Notes under the pieces: generated by a model
Seen by the model: only the letters and a program-made list of their open reading frames with translations
Database searches by the model: none
What the model was told of the DNA's origin: nothing
Program-made: the position numbers and the translations under genes
Part shown: piece after piece, positions 44,501 through 56,500 of the stretch
Layout of the letters: every line of letters starts with the position of its first letter
Numbering within the stretch: position 1 is the first letter of the stretch
Assembly (NCBI GenBank): GCA_964187785.1
Contig: OZ076409.1
Span: 74,836,001-74,900,000 of the forward strand
Source of the DNA: Amphiscolops sp. MND2022
Taxonomy: Eukaryota
Direction: 5' to 3'
Length of the DNA: 64,000 nucleotides

Positions 44501-47500
44501 TCTGATCTGAAAGCCATTGAGATGCAATATGGTTTGCTCAAAACGTAATTCATTGCAGTTTGGCAATCAATCAACACCCTTTGTTGTCGTTTGACATACT
44601 TTTTTGTTGTTATAATAAAAAATTTTGTGTATTTATTCATTTTTTTCTCATCAAATAACTTGAAACAGTTGAGTACATTCCATCCCCCCCTTCCGGGGGA
44701 GATGAGAATGTACTCGCAAAAAGCACCGAACTACGGCCCTTACCTTCCCGAGCTACGCAGTATAGGGATTACATATTGGTTCCGACATTTTCATAGAGTT
44801 AAATCTTGGTAATCTGTCTGGATATGCAGAAAAATCAGCACGTGCCTTTTAATACCAAGTTGCTTACAACGACAATTATTTTATATCAACGCCCCCATAT
44901 TTATCAACGCCCCCCGTCCGTGGGCATGCCGAGGCATGCCCTTCGACGACGTATACCAAGATATGCGTTAACGCGTTAGCCTAGGTGGCCGCGTCTTTTG
45001 TCGAACTTTAACCATGGAGGCGCGGGTAGGGTCCTGCGCCGACTTAGTGCCTTTACTATGATACAAAAATAGGTACCTGAGTAAACGATCTCGAAGATGA
45101 GCCGTCAGAAATTCCTGAAAATTTGCATGTGGCCCCCAATTGGCGAGCATATGAAAAGTGTAGGAGGTCATTTTTCCCAAATTCCACTGTGAGACGAGAT
45201 AAACGCGAAAAATGAGGTAAAAAATGGACCCATTTTTGATAAATTTTGCAATATCTCGTTCCAGAGGCATCGGAGGTACCGTATACCTGACGTGGAAAAT
45301 GCTCGGCATGTGAAGGGGGTTACGTGGACAAATTTTCGTCCAAATCGGATAAAAATTGACAGAGTAATAACAAATTTTTTTGTGCATTTTGGCGACTTTT
45401 TCAGAAAACCCAGTTTATCTCTGCCGTTTTTTGCCCAAAATTTTTTCGAGACCCTCTCCTAAAGACCTCCCCTGGCCGGGTTACATCCCAAAAAAACCAT
45501 TTGGCCCTAAATACGAAGTTTCAGCGTTCCAGCATTATCGGGCGAAATTTTATATGACTTAGAAAATTTTCAAAAATTTTCAAAACTTTTCTAAAAAAGT
45601 TCAGGCCGCCCAAAGTGAAGAAACTTCCACACAACTAGTATTGTAAGTGAATGCATGTGGAAAGCCCTGCACTTGACGAGAAAAATGCCATTTAGAACGT
45701 CTTTTTATCTTAACTTGATGTTGACTTATGATCTTTTGAGTAGCGTATAACACGTGATCACAGTAGTGAAAATCCTAATTTTCAATAATTTTCAAACAAT
45801 AACGCATGAAAAGAACCTGGAAAAGGTTCCGATGGGTCAGTTGGGATGTCGGAAGCATGTGTACATTCCCGTAGTGTATAGCGGATGTATTTGGGACTTA
45901 TTAGAAATTGTGATATATTTTATACAAGTCTTTGTTTCTCTTAGAATCTTATGCAGTTGAGTACATTCCATCTCCCTCTCAGGGGAGATGTGAATGTACG
46001 TTTGCCAAATGCCTTGTAAAGCTGACAATTTTGATGGTTTAAAATGATTAAACAAGTGTGACTAGCGTTTGCCGAATCATTGCTGCAAAAAATCTTGAAA
46101 CTTTAGTGAGATTGAATGCTTTTTGTCTCTAGTGTTTTTTCTTGTGTAGCCGACTTCCACATCCAAATATCAACGCCCACCGTCCGTGGGCATGCCGAGG
46201 CATGCCCTTCGACGACGTATGCCAAATACCATATGCCACGCTGTCATTCTCGCTAGGTACCGGTGTATTTTTACACAATGGGGGATGTTGCGCGTGTGGG
46301 GAGGGTCCCTGACGCGCTTCCGTGGTTTCGGGTCTTCTAACCTATGATAGCGTGACACCTGACTTCGATCTCGTAAACTAGCCGTACGATTTGGCTGAAA
46401 TTTGGCACACGTACCCCCCTCGGCACGGTGAAGATGATTTCCTACTGACGTTTTTCCCGCTAAACATTTTTTGTTGACCAAAATAACGGTTTTTGGGGTA
46501 AAATTTTCAACTTTTTTTAAATTTCATCTTATATCTCGCCACGGGTACACGCTAGCGCTTCCAAACTTTGCTGACGAAACCTTGCAAACTGTCTCAGGAA
46601 TGCTGTGTGAAATTTTCAGCTCAATCGGACCCAAACTCGGGGAGTTATAGCGTTTTTCCGGAGCGGGGGGGTTTCATTTTTCTAACGGTCCAGCTTATCT
46701 TTGCCATTTTTTCGAAAATGCACTCGCCTAAAGGCCTCCCCTGGCCGGTTTTATTCCCAACAAAACCATTTGGCCCTAAATACGGAGTTTCAGCGTTCCA
46801 GCATTCCCGGGCGAAAAGTTGTGGGACTTAGAAAAGTTCAAAAATTTTCAAAAAAATTTTTTTCCGTTATTTGGGCCCTCAAAGTGGGGGAAAAGACCCC
46901 CCAACCAGTAAAGCAAGTGAATGCATGTGGAAATCCCTTGTTTAGACGAGGAAAATGCCGTTTAGAACGTCTTTTTATCTAAACTTGACATTGACTTTTG
47001 TCGTTTTGAAGGTGACCGTTAGATACGGAAAATTGATGTTTTGAGTATTTATCCCATCTGAAAGCCATTGAGATACAACATGTTTTGCTCAAAACGTGTT
47101 TTATTGCAGTTTCGCTGTCCATTATCACCCTTTGGTGTCTTTTCACGTAATTTTCGTATCTATAATAACAATTTTTTTGTGTATTTATTCATTTTTTTCT
47201 CATCAAATAACTTGAAACAGTTGAGTACATTCCATCTCCCTTCCCGGGGGAGATGAGAATGTACTCGCTAAAGGTCAGGAACTACGGTCTATATCTTCCA
47301 CAACACAAACGGGATTGCAAATGGTTTCAGTTTGTCGCAGAAAACTTCTTTTTGCCCTCTGTGACTCGACAAAATGAACGTTTCTTACTTACTTTGAAAC
47401 TCAGCATACCACAACTCATCTCTAACGTCAGCGCCCCCCTACTTGCATCAACGCCCACCGTCCGTGGGCATGCCGAGGCATGCCCTTCGACGACGTATAC

Positions 47501-50500
47501 CAAGATATACCTGGAGCGCGGTAGCCGCTAGGTGGTCGGGTATTTTTTTTTACTCGTAGATGGCGTTTGCGAGGCTTTGGGGAGGGCCCCGTGCCGAGCC
47601 TGTACCGAAATTTACCACATACCAGAAGTGTCCGATTTAATCGAGATCTCAAAAACTAACCGTTAGAATTCTCTGAAATTTTGCATGTGGCCCCTAATCA
47701 ATGAGTAATGAAAAAGTGTAGGAGTGACGGTTGCTGAAAAACTTGTCTTTGTTGCACTTTTTGCGCAATTTTTGTCGCATTGTTGCGTTTTTTATGTCAT
47801 TTTCGACTTTTCAAGCAAAAAACTCATAGATACTTTGTTCCTAGCGTATCAAGTGTGGAGCACGAAAAGTTGCAGCATCTTCCATTACGTATGCTGAGAA
47901 AATTTGGTTGCCCTCGGATTACCCCCCACAGAGATAGAGGGGTGCATCCGGGTATTTTTGACCCCTAAATTTGGAAAATTGCTAATTTTCGTAATAAATT
48001 CGTAGATTTAGCGCGTGCACACCCTGCTGACGATTTGTTAGGCATTTTGAGATAGATCCGATGACATGCGTTGAGTTCACCCCCATCACCCCCTTGACCG
48101 GAAATGAACGTTTTTGTGCACTTTCAGACCGGAAGTCTCCATTCTCACAGTAAGGAGGCATTGTACGAGCAACTAGCAGGGCATCAAAATTGAAGAACAA
48201 TGTGGGGTGACCCTAGTTACCACGTGTTGCCCAGTCATGGGTACCGCCATGACCGGAAATGGGGTCAAAACCCCCCTATTGGTAGTTTTTTAATCAGTTT
48301 GACTAGTGTTTGGTCCACATACAAGTCGGGTAATGCAATTGAACCAGTGTGAGCATAAACTGCACGTTGACTGCGTAGACGTAACTGACACTGTCAGATA
48401 CCGGAAGTAACCCCATGTGACCGGAAGTGGTCAATTTTGACCGGAAATGGTCCATAAAGTAGCGTAAAAGCAGTTTTTCACTACTTTTTAAGGACAAATT
48501 TTTAGTTTTTTTCAATCTGAATGCCTCCTTTATACTCCCAAAGCTAACATCGTTGCCTGTTTTGCTAAAGATTTGGCAATTGATTACCTTTATCAACCCC
48601 GATAGCCTTCCAAGTTGACCTTGGGTCAATCTTGAAGGCTATCTATACTTAAAACGAAAAATCGAGATAAGTTGTTTTCTCCATTACGTTGATATTTTTT
48701 CCTTGATGTCAAATTGTTAAGCAAAGACTTTTAGGCAAATTAATGATCTGAATCTTGTTCAGAGGTCTCACCCTGAGGAAGATTATTTGAGATTGAAGTA
48801 AACTGAGAATGAGGTTAGTATTTGTCAACATCAGAGAATCTTATCAACGCCCACCGTCTGTGGGCATGCCGAGGCATGCCCTTCGACGACGTATGCCAAA
48901 TAGCGCCACAGGGCGCCCACACTTTCGCTAGGTGGTCGGGGCGGTCCCCAGAACGCACAAGGAGGCGCGGGGAGGGTCCTGCGCCGACGTAGAATAATTT
49001 CATATAATACTAGTATCCTACATGGGTGTTTTAGAGGCGATTTTGGAATCTAACCGTAGGATTTGGATAATTTTTTGCATGCGGCCATAACTCGAAATTC
49101 TAAGAACTTTTTCCTACTGTCATTTTCCCCGCAAATTGTTTTTTGTTGACTTATGGCCGAAAAACCGGAAATAACGTCCTTTTTAGACGTTATATCCGAA
49201 GTGTCGTCATAACTTTTTTCCAGGGCATGCTAGCGTTCTCGTTCACTTTTACACTTTGTTTTAGCATCTCAAAATACAACTGGTGGAAAATTTTGGTTGC
49301 ATTCGGATCACCCCCCACCGAGATAGAAGGGTTCCCCCCTCCAGTTTTACCCCCCAAAATTGAGAAAATACCAATTTTGAGCATGAAGCCGTGGATTTAG
49401 CGAATCCTCACCCTCCTGATGTTTTGTCGGACATGTTAGGGTCAATCTGGTGACATGTGTGGTTTTCACCCCCAACCCCCCCTGGGACCGGAAATGACAC
49501 TTTTTTGTGTTTTTTGACAAAAATGAGCCTTTTTGATTAGTAGGGAGTCGTTTTTGGGCCTCCTAGCAGGAAATCGAAGTTGAAATACAACTTGATCACA
49601 ACCCAGTGACAACATGTTGGCCAGTTGCAGGTACCATCATGACCGGAAGTGGGGTCAAACCCCCCTTTTTGTGACCGCTTTTTGACCTTGTGCACCAAAA
49701 TGCCAATAACTTGAGGCCTAATGACGCATTCAAATCTGTACAAAGATAGAACGTTAGACAACAGAAGTCCCGCAAGCTCTTTAGCATATACCGAACGTCA
49801 CCCCCCATGACCGGAAGTTGTCCAATATGACCGGAAATGGTCCAAAAATTCATGTAAAATTAACTTTTTCACTTTTTGAAGACCACTTCGTTGAACATTT
49901 TCAATCCCAAAACTAGCGTACTAGCTGGTGGCGTTGAATTTATGGAAATTGAGGAGCTTTATCACCCCCGATAGCCTTCGAAGTTGACCTTGCGTCAACT
50001 TTGGAGGCTATCGATTCTGAAAATGAACAACAAAGTACTTTGTTGCTCTCGTTTTTTTTCCGTTTTTTTCCTCAAATATTGTTGAGACATACACATGGCC
50101 GTTAGTTAAAATCAATATTTTAGCCCATGTTATAGCGTGAGTAGCGAAGCGTTACACAGGCTGGTGTGGTTTTGAACTGTAATTATTTTAAAATAAAAAA
50201 AAGACCCTCCTAGTCAACTCCACACATTCATACCAACGCCCACCGTCTGTGGGCATGCCGAGGCATGCCCTTCGACGACGTATGACGAATCCACTCCAAC
50301 GACACCCGCAGTCCTCAGCTAGGTGGTCTGTCCCGGTTAGGACATTAAAATAGGGCGAGGCCGGGGAGGGTCCCGTGCCGAGTTTTGGGTAGCGCGGAGC
50401 AGGGTTCAACATCTTACGTACCCCCGACCAAAAAACGACGATCTCGAATTCCACCCGTACGATTCGGCTGAAATTTGGCATGCGGCTTCCTCTAGCGATT

Positions 50501-53500
50501 CTAAGAACTTTTCCCTACTACCATTTTGCCCAGAAATTATTTTTTGTTGACTTTTAGACTATTTTAGGGTCAGGAAGGAGCGTTTTTTCAAAAAATTTTT
50601 TTTCAAGAGCCCATATCTCGCTCCCACGTGCTCGGAGCGGGTCGCATGTAGACGTTGATTTTGCTGGGCACTTCGTAAGGAGTCCGTAGACAAATTTTCG
50701 TCCAGATCGGATAAAAATTGACTGAGTAATAGCCGCAAATCGGACGATTTTTCTCGAAAATTTTGGTACATCTAGTCTATCTCTGCCGTTTTTTGCCCAG
50801 ATTTTTTTCCAAGACCTCTCCTAAAGACCTCCCCTGGCCAGTTTACCTCCCAAAAAAACCATTTGGCCCTTTTGCCGCAGTTTCAGCGTTCCAGGATTCC
50901 CCGGGTAAAAGATAAATGACTTAGAATTTTTTCAAAAAATTTTCAAAATTTTTTTTTTAAACTTCAGGCCTCCCAAAGTCAAACAACTTCCACACAACTA
51001 GTATTGCAAGTGAATGCATGTGGAAAGTACTTGAATAGACGAGAAAAATGAGCTATTATAAACTTCTGTAGCTTGACCTGACGTTGACTTATGACAATTT
51101 TAGTGTGAGCTTGCTATGTGAGAAAAAAATTCAAAAATTGAAAATCGAAGCTAAGTTTCATCTAAAACTCATCGGAATCCGTTGAATCCATTCTAAAGCG
51201 GTTCAGTTCCAGCTGTTTAGTGCAGCAATACCATTCAAGGTCGTTTGACTCATTTTCATAAGTTTTGACACCGTCTTATCCATCCGAAAATTCGAAACAG
51301 TTGAGTACATTCCATCTCCCCTCCGTGGGAGATGGTAATGTACTCGAAAAAAGCCAAAGTCCTACCGCCCCATTCTACCCGGAGTGGTGCTAGCTATGCA
51401 GTAGCGTGAGCTCCAGGTTGTTTGCAGTAGCCTTTACGTATGTTGTGACTATGTATTACAATTATATCTCTTTAACTAAACATGAAAAAATTGTTTCAAT
51501 CCCAAAATTTTTTTTCAACTTTAGTATGTATATACATATACAACATTATACAGTGTCGCCCTACTTGCCATCACAGTCATTGCCTGCACTGGGTGGCCGG
51601 AAATTTTTTTTTTCATCAAAATCTTTGCCATTGGGGGAGGGGCCCCGGATGGCCAGTAGTACGGGATAGCTTCCTACCAAATCCAGATGGAAAAAACGTG
51701 ATTTTGGAAACTAGCCGTCAGAATTTGCTCAAATTTTGCATACGGCTTCCTATAACAATCCTAAGAACTAATCCCTACTGGCATTTTGCCCAAAAAACGC
51801 AAAAAGTTGGTCAAAATCTTAGTTTTTTGGTCAAAAAATGGCGTTTTTTCGAAAAAATTTTTTTTCAGAGACAATTACTCGGAACTGGTTCACCCAGCGC
51901 AAAAACGCCCAGCTGATTTATTGTTGGGCACTTCATGAGGAGTGCGTATACAAATTTTCGTCCAAATCGGATAAAAGTTGATTGAGAAATAACTGAAAAT
52001 TTGAGGCATTTTTTTGGAATTTTTTGAAATCCCAGTCTATCTCTGCCGTTTTTTGCCCAGATTTTTTTCCAGACACTCTCCTAAAGACCTCCCCTGGCCG
52101 GTTTACCTCCCAGCAAAACCATTTGGCCCTAAATACGGAGTTTCAGCGTTCTAGCATTCCCGGGCGAAAAGTTGTGGGACTTAGAAAAAATTTTTGGAAA
52201 CGCAAAATGTGTAAAGTCAACTTCAGGCCTCCCAAAGTCAAGAAACTTCCACACAACTAGTATTGCAAGTGAATGCATGTAGAAAGTACTCGAATAGACA
52301 AGGAAAATGGGCTATAGAACGACTCTGTAGCTTAACTTGACGTTGACTTATGACATTTTGAGTGTGAGCGTCCTACAGGATTTTAATGTCAAAAATGAGA
52401 TTTTGTAAGTCATGAGTCATCAAAAACTCATCGGAATACGTTCAATCATAGCTGTTCAATCACCGTTGCTTAGTAGAGCAACGCCATTATATACCTTTGG
52501 ACCCATTTTAAAAATTTTCCTTACCGTCTTATTCGTCCGATATCACGAAACAGTTGAGTACATTCCATCTTCCCCCTTGTGGGGGAGATGAGAATGTACT
52601 CGCCAAAGACCTGATACAATGACCCATATTGGTTTTTATTTGACTTTTCTCACAATATTGCACACGGATAGCTGTGTTTGGTAAAAGTTTTCCTTTGCAC
52701 CATGTCTCCAGAACCAAAACCACTTCTTTAGCTTACTACTTCTACTCAAACATCACTAACGTCAACGCCACATACTCGCATCAACGCCCACCGTCTGTGG
52801 GCATGCCGAGGCATGCCCTTCGACGACGTATGCCAAATAGCGCCGCAGGGCGCCCCCAATTTCCGCTAGGTGGAGGTTATTTTATAATAATTAAAGTGTT
52901 TTTTTCCGGAGTTTGTGGCTTTGGAAAAAACAAAAGGCGAGAAATTGGGCACTCCGGGCTGAACCGTATACACTCAAAATTCGCCCAATATTTATACGAT
53001 CTCGAAACCCAGCCGTACGATTTGGCTGAAAATTTGCATGCGGCTAAAAAATCAGATTCTAAGAACTATTTCCTGCTGACATTTTTTTGAAATTTTTGTG
53101 TACGTTTCCCCCCCGCCCCCTAAAGGGGTCAATTTTCCCCAATTTTGCACTTATGAGCCAAATTCTCAAAACTGGTGGATCTGAGCGTATTCCCGGCGGG
53201 GACAACTTTTAACGCGCGCTCCTCAGTAGACCTTTTTGACTTTTAACTTTGGTGGTACGTTCACCCCCCGAGGAGGAAATGGCGTTTTTGTGACTTCCGG
53301 TCGAGGCTTTTTTCACCCAAAAAATAGAATTAAGCCAATTTTGAGCAGGAAGGAGTGGATTTAAAGTGCCTGTACCCTGCTAAAAATTTGTTGGGCTTGT
53401 AGCGATATATCTCATACCAAGTCTGGTTTTCACCCCCAAACCCCCCTTGGGACCAAAATTCACCCAAACTTTTTTACCTCTGTTTGTAGTTTTTTTTGCA

Positions 53501-56500
53501 AAATGTCGTCATTTCCATGGGTAAGGAGTTGAATTAGGGGCTCCTAATAGGGTACCAATGTTCAAGTACACTTGCAGTGCAACTGAGTGACCCTTTTGGG
53601 GCCTCTCCTGTGTTCGGCGAGGACCGGAAGTGGTGTAAACCCCCCTTTTTTGACGTTTGTTGACCTTGAGACTCGCGCTTAGATGACGTTTATGTCGCGC
53701 AAATCCTACAAACCAGTATTAGGATGACATGCTAGCCTACTAGAGAGCACTAAGGGAAACTATACTATACCGGAAGTAACCCCCCGTGACCGGAAGTTGT
53801 CATTTTTGACCGGAAATGGTCCAAAACATAGCGTAAAAGCAGTTTTCATTGCTTTTAAAGTCAACTTATTACCTTTTCAGTCTGCGCGAGCTTGTCTTCA
53901 GATTCGTTTTTGTTGTCCGTGCACACTACAACAAATATACATCTGTAGAACTTTTGCTATAATATCGTCGGAGAGAGAAATAACGGGTTTTCGGAATTTT
54001 TTTCAAAAATGTTTGTCTATATCTATCATTTTTACCCAACGTTATTCAACAGTAGAACCACAGGGGTTAGTATCTGCCAAAATATATGCCTAACAAAACC
54101 ACTCGTTCCATTGGTTGCAGTTTGAGCGTTCTAGCTTTGCCTGGTCACAAGTTGAGGGACTTCAAAAAGTTTCAAATTTTTTTGAAAATTTTTTTTTAAA
54201 CGTCACGTCTCCCAAAGTTAAGAATTTTCCACACAACTAGGATTGCAAGAGAATGCACATGGTAAGACCTATAAATCGAGAGAAAAATTCCGTTCAGAAC
54301 GTCTCTTTATCGTTACGTGACGTTAAAAGATGTTGCTTTGAATGTGAATTTGATAATGCGTCGAGAAGTAAAAGAGTGTGAATGGATCCTATGTCTCGAC
54401 AAATACTCATCGCAATACATACGATGAACCCCAATTACCCTCACTTTCAGTTGGCTAGTACATCAGCGTCTTCCAAGGACCGTTTACCTATTTAAAAATT
54501 GTCAAATTCATTATTAATATCAGTTAGCAAGAAATATTTGAGTACATTGTCATCTCTCCCCATCGGGTGAGATGAGAATGTTCTTGCTAAAAGTCAAGTA
54601 CTACGGCCCATTTTTGTTTTATTGCGACGTTTTCTGTGCCTTAGCACAAGGATACTTTTATGTCATCTCACTTTTGTTATACAATCTGACTTGTTGTTAT
54701 AAAATTCTCGTCATTACTTTACCTAAACCTACTACCATGCATCTTTAACGTCAAAGCCAAATTCATTTAGACGCCCACCATTCCGTAGGTATGCCGAGGT
54801 ATGCCTTTCGAAGAAGTATGGCAAAACACAAACGGGCAAATGAAAAGGGCTGAAATTCAGAAACAGTCACAAACAATTTTGACTATTTGACCGATGGTAG
54901 GTTTTTATATGGAACTTACACATCACTGACATTTCAAAACATTCCAGCTGACGCCCACTTACAAACATCAACGCCCACGGTCCGTGGGCATGCCGAGGCA
55001 TGCCCTTCGACGACGTATGGCAAATACCTTTTACGACGTCCCAACTTTCCCTAGGTGGCCGTGTCTTTTCGACGTGCTTTTGCATTGAGGAGTGGGTAGG
55101 GCCCCGCGACGACCTAGAAGAATTGGATGCTCACCGAAACGTGCAGAATTCTACGAGATCTCATAGTTTGAGCCATACGATTTTTCTGAAATTTGGCATG
55201 TGGCCTGGAATTGGTGAGTAGGTAAAACGTGTAGGAGGTGATTTTTCCCAAATTCCACTGTGAGACGAGATATGGGCAAATAACGGTCCCAAAAATGGCA
55301 AAAATGCACTTTTTTCAACTTTGTCAGCCCATATCTCGTTCCCAGGTGCCCGGAGCGGGACGCGTTAAGCTGATTATAAACTCTAGGGTGTTGAGGCTGT
55401 ACGGGGAAGTCAGGCCCGTTCCGATCGGACTTGTAGTCTTGGAGAAATAACGGTATTTTTGGGGAACCTTTTCTAACGGTCCAGCTTATCTTTGCCATTT
55501 TTTCGAAAATGTACTCGCCTAAAGGCCTCCCCCTGGCCGAATTTACTCCCAGCAAAACCATTTGGCCCTAAATACGGAGTTTCAGTGTTCCAGCATTCCC
55601 GGGCGAAAAGTTGTGGGACTTGGAAAATTTTCAAAAATTTTCAAAAAATTTTTTTTTCGTTTTCCTGGCCCCCAATGAAGGGAAACGACCCCCCAACCAG
55701 TATTTTGAGTGAATTCATGTGGAAAGCCCTTGTTTTGACGAGAAAAGTACCGTTTAGAACATCTTTTTATCTTGACTCAACGTTGACTTATGACGTTTTG
55801 AATGTGATGTAAGGATGTAGGAGGCATGTGATAAGTTGATGTTTTGAGTCTTTATCTCATATGAAAGCGGTTGAGATGCAAGCTGTCCTGCTCAAAACGT
55901 CTTTCGTTGTAATTTTCCAGTGCACCAATACCCTTTGGTGTCATATAAACATACTTTTCGTCGATATATTAACAATTTTAATGTATTTATTCCAATTTTT
56001 ATTATCTTCTAACTCAAAACAGTTGAGTACATTTCATCTCCCTTTCGGGGGAGATGAGAATGTACTCGCTAAAGACCTAGCGCCATGACCAAAAGTTTGA
56101 AACCCTTGTTTTTTATCTTCTTACAGACTTGTTTTTGTATTTTTCCGGAATTTTTTAAAAATTAATATACTTGAAATACATTACTTGACTTTACTACTAC
56201 AATCCACCTCCAACGTCAACGCCCCCTTGCTTGCATCAACGCCCACCGTCCGTAGGCATGCCGAGGCATGCCTTTCGACGACGTATGCCAAATACCCAAT
56301 GCCACACAGTCTTTCCCCGCTAGGTGGCCGCGTCTTTTAGATGGACTTTTAGCCCTGAGGCGCGGGTAGGGTCCTGCGCCGAAACAGAGAAATTATACTA
56401 CTGCACATAGCCCCGTTCCAGACACGATCTCGAAAACTGACCGTTAGAAATTCCTGAAAATTTGCATGTGGCCCCCAATTGGCGAGCAATGAAAAAGTGT

